From Balanoglossus misakiensis (Eukaryota > Animalia > Hemichordata), in assembly GCA_040954595.2 (NCBI GenBank), contig CM082588.2, positions 6,708,202 to 6,772,201 of the forward strand: a stretch of DNA of 64,000 nucleotides, read 5' to 3'. The notes under the pieces were generated by a model. The model worked only from the letters and a program-made list of their open reading frames with translations, ran no database searches and had not been told where the DNA came from. The first letter of the stretch is position 1, and each line of letters opens with the position of its first letter. The position numbers and the translations under genes were made by a program. Positions 26,811 to 39,966 of this stretch are shown here, piece by piece.

Positions 26811-29800
26811 GATTGCGCAGAAATATATTCTTGTTACAATCTGAAAAATATGTTCGGGAAACAATATAATATACCTTTGTTTGTAACCCGGAAGTGTTAA
26901 TATATTACAAACAATAGTCTCATATGCACGATTTACTTCGTTTTTATACTCTTGAATTGACCATCATTTGCTGTGAGTTTAGACGATCAAAAAGAAACTG
27001 CTAATCCTGAGCGTTCTAACCAATGGATTTTTTCTATGGGTGATCTCAAATAGAGCACGGTGACCATCCGATTTTTTCGATTGATGACTTTCATTTGATT
27101 TGACTGAGCTATGTTGAAAATTTCATGAAAATGACAGCAGAAGAATTGGGTTTTCTGGCACTTCTCATTGTAATCATATGCGACGATATAAGCGCGCATA
27201 ATCCGTATTTAGGCCTACCGGTTGGAGAACGACATTCGAGTTGTAGAAAACCTTTTTTCAATTTGAAAACTCGAAGTAAGACTCCCATATACTCCAATAC
27301 ACAGATGTCCTTGACTTGCAATGCGAATGAAAAGCGTGTCCCTGAACTAGATTATCGACACCACGCCAAAGGTCACTGACACACACACCCGGAATAAGAC
27401 GCAGATATTTTGATAAACGGGGAAGTAAACACTTACTGTTCTCGAGTTCCTCAAGGAACTGATATTGTTCTTCTACATACGGGTATTCGGTAGCTCAACT
27501 TCGGCGGAAAAATAATGAAACAATTCTCGAAAAGTACAGACGGAGTTTGAATCATCGCGCACTTCCGTTTCCAGAAAGCGTACAACCTGTTGCATGGCTG
27601 GGCAATTTTTTGTCAATTGGCGCAAAATTGATAGGTCGTATCGATAACCTGACTCGACAATTTTAAAATGCGGGAGTGGCATTTTAACAATTCGTTATTT
27701 TGTCTTGCATGTGTACTTTCCTGTACGCATGCATGGCTGCGAACGACCGGATAAAAACATGTTTTCTAGGATAAAAATATACATGTTTATAGGCCTACCA
27801 TTTATGTGCATAGACTGTTATCCATGGTGAACGATATTTAATTAGAGGAAAACAACCGCTGCGCATGACGTGAGACCTTGTAATTTGATCTATTTATTTT
27901 GTATTATATTATGACCAGTATACTAATACGCACCCATTCATTAAAGTGGAAACTTAAGGCGCTTCTTTCGCTCTCTCGGATTCGTCGGCTTCCGCGCTAA
28001 ACTTCACAACGCTAAACATGTAACTATAGCAACCACGACCTCCCGAGATCTGACGCTGACAATACCCGTATGTATATACTACCGGTTCGGAAGACTTCGC
28101 AAATTTCTAAAACTTCTTAATATTATTAGAACTTTGTATCATAAATGCTGAAAACAAAGTCATGTAACCTACAATGGGGACTATAGAAGAAGCAAAAAGG
28201 CAAAAAAACTGAGTTGGTACGTTTCTGTTGATGGCGTCTTGTTCTTATACATGTAGATGCACCCGGCGACAAATAGGAAAGCGATATCAGCGAGTGAAAC
28301 TTATTTTTGACATTCCTCTCTCAACCTACCCATACACATGTAAACAACAACTGGCATCGGGTCATTGACCTTTAAAGACAGTCATGAAAAAGAAATGCTA
28401 TGAATGTCTGTAGGTCTGCCTAACGAGTAAGCAGTGACGCTGATTGTTGGAATCATCTTAAAAATGTCCATTTGGGGCGGACAAGTTCACTGCTGCCGAA
28501 AATGAAAGAAAGGCAATTAAACATCAAAATGAATCTTCAAAGTATTCTAAAGGCTAGTATTAACACGCGGGACTCTCCAAGTGATTGTCACAACAAATTG
28601 TTGGGAAAGTTCTCGGTTGCCACATTCTATACTGGTATTTTTAACCAGGAAAGGATTTTCCTGATGAGATTACAGCGCCTATAGCTTATCACAGTTTGAG
28701 GTGGTACACTTGTTTTGCTGCGACCACGAAGAAAAATTAATTTTATGAAAATATGACCACCACTGACAAAATTACTGATTTTACTTCAGAATCAAAGTAG
28801 GTGTGGACCAATGTAGTTTTTATCTGTTTTTTACTGTTTTCATATTCTGTATTTTTCAGTGTTTCTTTTTACATCTATAACGTGTTTGTTGTTGGTTGAT
28901 TCCTGGATCTTCTAATTAGTGAATAACAAGGGACATTGGGTTATTTTGATGTCTAAATGCCGGAATTCTCTCGCGAAAACAAGATTTTTGTCGATAAACG
29001 TTATGTGTAAACAACCTGTTTGTAAATAAGGAAACAAAGCATCCCGGATAAAACCCCTCAAATTCTACTCAGAAGGCTGAGCTTATCAAAGATGGCGCTA
29101 GCACAGTACAAGAATAGGACGTCACACAAATATTTCCGGTAGCCTATTCTTGTCCATATTTTGATGGTTATATTGTAGCCCTATATTGGGGACCTCGTGT
29201 ATTGGAGGACCCTCTAAGGATATAATTGGCATTGCGCGGGTCCTAGGGAGTCAGTCGAATGGTAATTTCATTCAATTGATTAAGTTGTCTGCGTTGCGAC
29301 CGTTTTACGACTGTGAAACTACGGAACGATGTAACGACTCCGTCAAACGATTGGTAGCAAAATATTACCTACTTTCATTACCCCCCTACCCCACCCCCGC
29401 AGAGCTCCTGTCGGTGAAGAAGCAAATGAGATCGTTGACTCCGAGAGTGTGAACTGACTTCATGTACTATGGCACGTTTACAATCGGGCAAACTGCCAGT
29501 CCCGAATTCCACCACAAATAAACTTTCACGTACCGGCGTCAATAGCGCCTTTTGTGTAACATTAGATTCATTCTCTGAAGAAGGGTGGGGTTTTTCTTGG
29601 AGCTCGTCAAGGTCAGGCCGACCCCGCGTTTTGTCGGTACCCGGATGACCAACAACCAACAGGACACCAACTTGGCGGGTACCGAAAATCTACTCGAAAC
29701 CATATTGCAGCAAAACTAGACCGTGTTGTTTTTCCCAGAGTACTAAAATTATTCTACATTGACCTTGTTTATCGCATAAGTTCTGAAGAGGAAATCCGAC

Positions 29801-31939
29801 TTTGTTTTTTCCTCTTCGCGTTCAAAATAGACATATGCTCGCATTGATCGCCTTGTTGCCATTGATATGCATATGGCCAAAACATTGTGTTCGTATATTT
29901 TCCTTCTTGCAAATTTGTGACTACATGTTCTACTTTCCCTAGTTTGTTTGACGTTACTGTTCCAGTTCGAATCAAAGATTTATATTAATAAGCGGACTCG
30001 AGCTCGTATAAACGCAAGAACTAGTTGAGTAGATGAAATGAAGATAAAACTAGTTATATGCTATCTACGGGAATAATCCGTCATATTACCATCATATTAC
30101 ATATGAAAAAGATTTTAATTTGTGTTTCGATTAATGGAAACAGATTAATACCTCACGAATTCGCGTCGTGCGCGCACGTAAATTCGAGGTACACGCGATC
30201 GCCGTTATTCAGGTCTATTTTAAGGACGGCTTGGGAGCTCTTTAGCCCCCAATTATAATTTTGATCGGGCATTGCAATCGAGCGGATCGGCGTTATGACC
30301 GCCGCGTCGTGACTCCGTAATAAATTGGATCGCAACCGTAACTAGGCGCACAGGGAGCATGCGCTGTGATAAGCCAACAAGTTTAATATGGCCACACTCC
30401 CTTGACTGCAATCAGACCTTTTTATTATTCGTATCCCTTCGGGGGAGGTCCTTTTCAAGGAAGCAATGCACGTCTTTAATCATGCTCAATGCAAAATGTA
30501 TTGTGTTACACAGGTGTTTTGCTTTTCCCCGTAAAGTTATACAGTCGTACGTGCCTTCAGGACATATTATGAGACGAAAATCAAAATTCTCCAAACATTT
30601 CAATTCTCTTCTATATAATAAAGTATGTGAAGAGCCTTTTTGAAAACAACATTGAAGAAAACTGGGTGTTCTACATCACTCATTTAAAATTTCTCCATAA
30701 AGGTGACATGTAGAACGGCGGCCATTTTAAATTCCAAATTTGAGACAAATTTGCTTTTCTTTCAAATTTGTGGCGTTTTTTTGCAGGGGGCTAGTATAAT
30801 TTTGTTTGAAAAGGGGTATATTTCTCTTACATTTCATAACTACTTCAAACTACTTGAATTTCGATACAACAGACTCTCAAGCGACCGAAAACAGTCACGT
30901 AACTGAATATAATTTATGGCCGTTTTAGGGTTGCTCCTAAAACGCCGAACCCCACGATAAAAAAACATCTTCGCGGAAATTCGTGGTCAGGTTTTGTCAC
31001 GACGCCCATTCAACAGGTGGTCATATAAGCAGTATCAATAATTAAAGTCAGTCTCGTTAGGGGCCGTGGGTAATTAATACAAGTGCATCACTAATAAACG
31101 ATAAAAATGTGTTTGCCGTCGCGTCAGTGTTTAACTATCCACGGCCCCTTAATCGAATCCGTCTCTCATTTTATGTGTTGCCAGGCAAACATGGCGGATG
31201 GTGCACTCAGTTATTGGCCATTCATATCCTATGCACACAACCCAGGAATTCTCCATTCTGAAGAATCCAGATCTTAATTTGGCAAGGTCGACCGTTCTAA
31301 AATCTCAGATATCGTATCACATATTATGGGATATGACATAACAACTGTAGGGGTATCGGCAGAGCGTCAATAAACGGGTGCGATACTCGTCCATTACACC
31401 TAGTATTTAACTTGTTCATCATATTTATATACAAAGCCACAGTCAGAGGTTGTCCGTAAAATACGTTTCTATATACCCATCAGTTTGAAAGTAAACTTGT
31501 GAAAATAATGCAAAAATGGCAGCAATTCAAGATGGCGTTTTGTCGTTGGTTGGCAACACGTACCCAAACTGGACCACAGTCAACTCTTTGTCTGTGGCTA
31601 CGATAAAGACCCGGTGTGCCGGGATCCGCCGCCCGAAAGGAATTCGGTGACAACCGTAGACAGATAATCAGGATATTGAGTATCAAAGGCGTGATTTAAA
31701 CCGATTTGTGAAATATGGTCACTATTGGTACATTCTGGTATGTATTTTACTGGTTCTGGGCGTGCGCAGAGCAACAGGTGAATAACTTCTCGAAACAAGG
31801 AAAAAGGGCATTGCTTAGTTGTGTGACTCTACTAGTACTTCCAACGCTATCATATATGAGGTCTCTCTATTTTACCCAATAATCCTATATATGATCGAAT
31901 GGTCGTGTCGAAGTGTTCGAATGACCACGTGTTTGACAC

Positions 31940-32035
31940 ACTTTTTATTCGTGTGCCAACCACTGAAAATCTGCGATTGGCTATGATTGAATTTCCATGG
32001 TAACAGTGGTTAAATTTGCATATAGGTGACTGTAT
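31940..32035. mobile_element. Partial copy of MITE family A
   Basis: GTGTGCCAACCACTGAAAATCTGCGATTGGCT...CCATGGTAAC..TAAATTTGCATATAGGTGACTGTATA matches the other copies. Confidence 0.7.
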
Positions 32036-32722
32036 AATTTCAAATCTGGAACTCGTGACAACCGTACACCGTTTGTAAACACGCGAACATATGATGTGGG
32101 CTTCTGTGACGGATTTTCTCTCTTCTTTGCTACATCAGAGCTGAGACTAGACCCCAGATGAAAGTGAATGCACTCTGCCAGGGTTTGAATTGCATATTCC
32201 ACGTTGGTTTTGGTCACATTTCGGGATACACTATAGGAATCAAGACAAACACTAAGTTTGGAATTCCATTGCAAACCGTCCTTATTGATGCCAACGCTCA
32301 ACGATTTTTGAATGCGCACGTCAGATTACCAGCGTCAGGTGTGACCTATGACCTCTCAATCTTGAACAAACACTTGTGGAACGGGGATAAGGGATTTCCC
32401 CGAATTTGGCCAAAACACGGTGATGTCGAACGATCCACCTTATCTACTTAATGGATGTTTAAGATACTGAGCCTTGGATTATTTTTCATATCCTGCTTTA
32501 GAGATTTTGATCATCACGAAAATTAAAACAGATTCTTCGCCGTCCGTGTCCCGTTTCGCGCAGGCATGCAGACGACACGAAATTAGCGCTTGAACACAGG
32601 CAGCTATGACAACCGAAGAGCGTAATTTGAGGCACCTCCGAGTGTTTAACCTATAAACGCACACTAACATCACGATTTCTAGAACGGTTGAGTAGCCAGA
32701 CCCGCCTGCATTCTGCCCGTTA

Positions 32723-33078
32723 TTAAAGGGACAAAGTCTCTCTCTCGCTGCCCTTTTTCCATCTATTATGTTTTATATAAGACACCATTTATGTTATTCT
32801 ACGTACGGATATATAGTGAATCAATGTTCAACCACACACAACTTCCATCCCACTTGTAGACACAAGAGTGAAAAACTCGCCAAAATGAATAATCGGTGTT
32901 TACCATTTATTCATTTTGGCCATATTTTTGCATTCATATCCTACAAATGGAATGGAAGTTGTGCGTTGTTGAACGTTCATTCACTATATATCCACATGTA
33001 CATTAACATAAACGGTGTCTTGTATCAAACATAATTAACGAAAAAGGGCAGCGAGAGAGAGAGACTTTGTCCCTTTAA
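32723..33078. mobile_element. Kolobok-like MITE (TTAA TSD, AG..CT ends)
   Basis: TTAA-AGGGACAAAGTCTCTCTCTCGCTGCCCTTTTTC ... GAAAAAGGGCAGCGAGAGAGAGAGACTTTGTCCCT-TTAA, a TIR of about 33 bp. Confidence 0.85.
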
Positions 33079-36000
33079 TCACACACTCAGGCTTCGGGGA
33101 CACGTCAAATTAAACGGGCACGATGGAGCTATTCGAGAAGACAGACCAGACCTAATTAATCGAGAGGAAAAAAAATCATCTCCGTGGAGACTGAGTGCCA
33201 TGTCACGCGGCACCGGCCCAGGTACACACAAAACGATGGCGGATCACGACGCATGCTAGAGTGCATTCTAATGTCACTTGACTGTAAGATACTTTGAGCA
33301 TGGCAACGGTTTTAATACACTCAGTATATCAAAAGAAATATGCCATTTTTGCAACATGCTGTTGTGGTCGACTGCGATGATGTATATGTTAAATACAACA
33401 ACATAAATAACAACAACAACAACACCAAAACTCATAAAATACAATAATCTTGAATTTGTCATTTACGTTAAATAAACAAATATATTCTTGTTATAATAAA
33501 GTTGGACCTGGCGGAGAAAGGGTAAAATCGAAGGTATTTTGTTTTATCATCCATATGTGAAGCGACTGTCTCCATCTTTTCAATCAAATGCAATTTCCTT
33601 CAGTGAAGAGAGATTACTTCGTAATATGCTGTCATTCAATCTCATGCAATTTGCCGAATCGCATATGAAATGCTAGTCGCTATCTGGCCGACCCGTTTGT
33701 CATACCGGCCTGTGCTTTTTGTGTGTGACAAGGGCGCATCTTAAAACACATGCACGGTCATGCAAATCCTGCGGGCACGACTGAGTACAGTGATCTCCTA
33801 ATGGAATATCAGCGGTTTATTGCACGGGGCATTAGACAAAATCGTGATCTCCGTATCTGTTTGTAGAATTATGTTATCGGATACAAATTGTGTTCATAAT
33901 TATTCCAGCGCACCGGATACGTTGTGATGCATTCAGGGTACAGAAAAGACTGCTTCATGTTACCGTTGCTCTCAAAGAAAAATTTCACGTCTCAGTTTGT
34001 CCTAAATTGTCAGACTCTCCCTCCAAAAGCGTGTAAAGTTCGCTTGAATAATGTCCACGCGTATTATCCGCTTACCTGATAACAAATAAAGCTTAATTTA
34101 TGGTGGTGGCGGCAAACCTAGAATGTCTAACGACAATGAATGATTTTCCGCCCATTGCGAGATCTCGCGAGACTTAATTACCTTAGTAACGGGTTGTTAA
34201 CCAGGAAATACAAGTCAAGATTCCTATGAAACTAGAAAAGGTGAAGAGTTTAACGAAATTGTAACTTTTATGCCATTTTAACATGATGGGTCATGTGTTG
34301 CCTGTCCTGTGTCGCATGAGAATATCCTCCATTATAAACTGCTAAGTCACGCAAGATCTCGTAAGATCTCGTGGAGTTGGGGAAATGGTCTATTACACTC
34401 TTCTGTTCAGCAAATCTGAATATTTTCTGTGGAGTTCAGTACAGAGTGAAAATATATGACAATAATTACACAAAGCCGAAGAAATCTCTATTCGCATTCA
34501 ACACGCACGTGATTCACTTGAATTTTTCTCACATATTTGATAATCTGCACTTTCATGTCTTCAGCGTTCAGTCACGAATCAGCCACACCTTTGTTCTGCC
34601 ATGCAGGACCTGCAACGTCACGTGACGTCAATGCTGATGAACGAGACATCTCCCCGCGGGGGAAGGGGAGAGCTCTTGCAGACAACTGGGGACCGCAGAG
34701 CGTGCAACTAGCCTCGGGGTGGGCTTTACTTCGCAATCCGCGAAGGGCGATCCGTGATAACGTTGATCGGGAGTTTTAAAATAAAACCGATGTCGTGACA
34801 GACGGGCTGCGCGGTTGTTGAACCGGCTTAGTCTACAGGAGCCGTTTCTGTATATGTGGATGCGTCCAATGGGGATCTCCCTCAGTTTATCAACGTCACT
34901 CTCTGCCGACTAGACATGCAACTGTCAGACCGAGACGGATACGCAAAATCGCACAGAAAACCATTTTTTATCAGATAAATTGACAAACGGCCGATACTTC
35001 TCCACCGTGATACTTCGCACTATAGACACTACATTTTCTTCAAAAGAAATGACGCCCTTCTAGCTCCTGAGACCGACAACCTCGTGATCCGAGAATGCAA
35101 TGCACACTCTTAGATTTTGTACCATGACTTCTTCACAATATGAAGCACGGTACTTCTAAATAACAGTTCACATATCTACACAACTGTCTGCCGGGCAGTT
35201 CAGTATGTAGGTATAAATCTTCTACCAGTTTACATACATGTTCCATCTAAATTAGCGTTTTTTTCTGAAATCATGTGTATACCCCTAAAATCTTGCAAAT
35301 TTACGATGTAACATGCCCTAAAATTGTAATGAACCCTTTGGTCACAGTCATAAAAATAACACTACTGTTATACCTCAGCTACATGTCAGTATTATCTCAG
35401 AAATGAGAAGGTACCGAACGTCTAAAATCATACCGAATTTGCAGCTCCATAATAATGGTTGAGGCTATTATTAACACGTTCAGTATTCGGCCTTTAGTGT
35501 ACTTGTTTTGTAAACGTGCATGCATATATTCATAGATAATAATTAAAACACTGTGTACTACACAAAAATACCTTGTTGGGCTATCTTCAGTTGGTGGTTC
35601 CAATCGACAGGATGCTGGTGGTATTGCTGGTGATTTATCGATGGGCACCTCGTTCAATGTGTCGTACTATTGCTGTACCGTTCAAACTGAATCTCGACGG
35701 CCGTGGCTTGTTTCCTGCAAATACAGCGACAATCACAAATCAGAACTCACAAATCAGACTCCGTTAGTTTTCAGCATGTTCCAACCGCACATACACTCAC
35801 CGACTGTACGCGATTATAAATATCCTGGCTATTTTAACGGGAGATCTTGTCTGCGTGTCCGGAGCGCCAGCAATTTTTCCAGAAAAAACACCTAACGATT
35901 GACGAGACGCTCTGCACAAACTACACCGGGTAGCCCACCAAGCTGCGATTTGCATCATTCTAATACCGGTCTTGAACCTAACTTCCCTTCTGCCACTTGA

Positions 36001-37037
36001 AATTGGCTGATCACTTCTTCCTCTATATGAACATCACATGAGGGTCCCGTGACCTGAAATGTGCCCTTCCGCATTTAAGGTCGACAGGTTTCCAAGAAAT
36101 TGACAGAAAATGTATCGGTGAGAAAAGACACTCGAAGTGTTCTCCAGATAAAAATCTCGAACTGCGGACGCTCGGTAATGGACGCAAGTTCCCTAACGCG
36201 ATAAGCATCACTTGAGCCGCTGTCTAAAACACGACTCGTTCCTAAATGACATACGCCTTTCCCCTGAAAATGCCAGATACAGCAGAAAAACGCCAAAGGT
36301 TGACATCCTGTCCAAATCTGTGAAAATTTTAAGATGAACTAGGGTTTCCCGTACATTGCCTGGCACAAATTCGTCCAGTTGCGAAATATACTATTAAATT
36401 TGTCCATGTTGAATTTTGTCCCGTGTTTCTTTCCTCAAATCGAGCGTTAAAAATTCGCAAATTGAAGAGTATTTTTTTAAAAGATGTCGTTAATGTTTTA
36501 ATCACTTAATCACTGATGAGCTTGTATGCTTGTATGCTTCAGTGGCGACGCCAGCATCAATAATGAAGGGGTCAAGCCTGATACTTTTTGACATATTCTC
36601 GCAATCTATGCACTTTCTCTGACCCAAATGCCAATGTTCGGGTTCACAGCACTTTCAGTATCGCGCGTCGTGACTTGTTTTCCTCCCTCCGTTATTGCAG
36701 CTATACACCTTCAAATTCACGTTTCTTTTCATAATCTCAAGTTAGTGTCAAGAAACCCGTAAATACCCAACTGTCGGATGCCGTAAGGGCGTGCTTCAAG
36801 AAACGCAAAGATGAAAAACTGCGGAAATACGAGAACAAAGTCACGACGACCAAACCGCGCCATCACGACAGACAGACAGTAAAATGCATGAGCCTTGCAC
36901 GTGCACACTCAGACATCCAGGACTTGAGAAATAAATTGTATTTTTTTTCTCTGCGACCATTGAATCACCCCCCCCCCCATTCCTCGCGTAACAAGTCTGA
37001 AATTTTAAATAAAGAATCTCGCCAAAGGAATATGGCT

Positions 37038-37226
37038 TTAAAGGTACACGGTCACCTCAATTTACAATCCATAAATCGCAAAAATGGCGTATCTGGGTGT
37101 TCTAAAGAACGTATGGTGGCGCTCTCTTTTTTGCGTGTGCCACCCACTGAAAATCTGTGATTGGCTTGATCTCCATTTGGCATGGTATCTGTAGCTAAAT
37201 TTCCATAGGTGACAGTATACCTTTAA
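37038..37226. mobile_element. MITE family A (Kolobok-like)
   Basis: TTAA-AGGTACACGGTCACC...GGTGACAGTATACCT-TTAA. Confidence 0.85.
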
Positions 37227-37773
37227 TACTGACAATCTGATCTAAAACTGATTGATTGGCGGTTATACTGTATATGGTGAGCGATATTTCCTACTAAAAA
37301 AATTAATTGCTATGACAGAGCATGAGAATATGTGATCCCCTGTTGGTCCACGAAGTAAAATTGTCAGTAGCTCAACAAGCAAAACCATACATATAGCACA
37401 TGTATGTGAGGACTAATTGCGCTGCACTGGGGACCTCAACCGACCCGTGTTCTGAGACCAAGAGCTATTCAAGTATATAATGAGGCGGACACCAACAGCA
37501 ACGGTTGACGGCGTGATCGTATAAGTTGCTTCAAGGGGGACAGTTCCGTCATCAATCAGTATTTGCGATTGTAAATGTTTGTGGGTGCTAAGCAGAATAC
37601 CTGCAAATAGCACTGACCCGGAACTGAGGGTCTCCACTCCCGGAGTTCAACTCAAAATTCAACACAAATCTTAAGTAATCACGATTTGCATTTGTAAGAA
37701 GCCCCTGCAATCGTTCTTTTGTGTTTAATAGTGTCATGATATAGATGTTTTGACAGGATTACAAGCATGCATG

Positions 37774-38219
37774 CATACATACATACATACATACATACAT
37801 ACATACATACATACATACATACATACATACATACATACATACAAACATGTACATACATACATACATACATACATACATACATACATACATACATACATAC
37901 ATACATACATACATACATACATACATACATACATACATACGTACATACGTACATACATACATACATACATACGTACATACATACATACATACGTACATAC
38001 GTACATACGTACATACGTACATACGTACATACGTACATACATACATACATACATACATACATACATACATACATACATACATACATACATACATACATAC
38101 ATACATACATACATACATACATACATACATACATACATACATACATACATACATACATACATACATACATACATACATACATACATACATACATACATAC
38201 ATACATACATACATACATA

Positions 38220-38289
<70 letters not shown>
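37774..38289. repeat. Long (CATA)n microsatellite with CGTA variants, followed by (CA)n
   Basis: Directly visible. It generates the spurious YIHT/MYVC ORFs. Confidence 0.98.
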
Positions 38290-38292
<3 letters not shown>

Positions 38293-39778
38293 TTCTACGT
38301 CAGCAATTCACAGGATATATGAGAAAATACACTTTGAAATCTTCACCGACAAAATGATACCTTTCTGAGATTGAAGATTGCAATGAAACATATCGTATAT
38401 CAAACTATGATTGGTAAAAGGGGCGGCAATTGCGTAAAGTCCATCCGGCTCGCGATGAGAATAATTAGAAGGAATACCTTCAAATCGAAGAGAGTAATCA
38501 GTCGATCCGGTGTACAGTTTCAAGACTGATCGTGATCAATTGATTTGTTACTTAATCTCGCAGTAACTTTTCTTGTGCAACTCCTCGCTGGGAAAGTTCG
38601 GAATGGTGGTCGTGATGGAGCCGTTGACCTTGCCTATGCGATGTGTTCGACGATTCGCGATCGACTCGCATCACGTGTGGTTGATGTCACCGCCCGTATC
38701 CGAAGCAAGAAGATCCGGAATGGGGATTTGTGCATTGAGTGTTTATCTCCCCAGATCCGTTTCAAAGGTATACCACCCATGGACTATACACTATGCGTCG
38801 CAAGCGCATTAATCAAGTTACCGCTCATCTCAGAAATTTGGTCCGGGAATGAAATAGGTTGTACATAGACTTCTTATGTACATAACATGGACATGCACCA
38901 TCTGATAAAAGTAGCATCATATTTTCTTTGCCTGCACATTATTTTAGATGTCTATATCATGTAATATCACAAAATCCCTGTACCTGTCTTTCCTAAAGAG
39001 TAATCCCAGCATGTACTATGTCATTGACGATGACTTGTTTCATGACAACCCTATAGCCTTCAATGAACTAATACAAGCCCAAGTCGAAGCGATTTCTTTG
39101 ACAATTAAGCACGAAAAAGGATAGCAATGTAACTATAAGTGCCTCACTGGTTTCCAAAAAAAATCCACACTGACACCAAAGGTCGTCTATTCATAGGCGA
39201 CTAGATCATCCACGATGACATATCTGGGACACCTGCCAACTTATACAGGACACAGCGCAGGTGTTGATTATAATACCTATTTATTTACAACCACGCGGCA
39301 AAGGTGACCACGGCAGGTCGCTTCGCCGTGAAAATTAATTATATGAAGTTTCAGCTGATGACACCCGAACCAATAACTGTCCACACATGATAGAGGGACT
39401 GCGAACTGTCTTTCCGTGACGCTACCACTGCATGGCACGATACCATTCGCCTGCAATGGTTACTGACTGGGGCGTGTTATGCCCCTGGATAGTCTGTTAT
39501 CAACGTAACCGGAAGCAATCGAACCAACTCCAGGATCTGGTAGCGCTACCAAAATTCCAATAAGGCGTATCGACGCGCAGGGTAAACAAAAGGCAACACC
39601 TTATCTTGGCTCACGTGAGGTCACACTTAAAAAAATAACAATAGTTCTGGACCGCTTCGAGAAAGTTCCGTCATCGAAATCCGCGAGGTGCGCTGCAGAA
39701 CAGGACTACAATCAGAAACATGTGACGTTTAATAATAGGCTTGTCGCGTTATTCGAAACTCAAGCTCGCCCGTGTGTG

Positions 39779-39966
39779 TTAAGGTATACGGTCACCTATG
39801 CAAATTTATCTACAGTTACCATGGTAAATTGAGGTCTAACCAATCACAGATTTTCAGTGAGTGGCACACGCGAAAAAAAGAGCGCCACCATATGTTCTTT
39901 AGAACAAATACTCCGTTTCAGTCATATACGGGCTTATGTAAATTGGAAGTGACCGTATACCTTTAA
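39779..39966. mobile_element. MITE family A (opposite orientation to the 37038 copy)
   Basis: TTAAGGTATACGGTCACCT...GTGACCGTATACCTTTAA. Confidence 0.85.

Noticed and set aside
27125-27379. 84-aa ORF with a signal-peptide-like N-terminus
   Set aside because: No recognisable family, splice structure or codon bias. It cannot be supported without expression data.
29000-33300. YY1-like AAnATGGCG motifs and short ORFs suggesting a hidden + strand gene
   Set aside because: The two ATGs I translated (about 31191 and 31532) stop within 30 codons, and I could not build an exon chain.
37679-38368. Long ORFs in all six frames (YIHT/MYVC repeats)
   Set aside because: Translation of the (CATA)n/(CA)n microsatellite.
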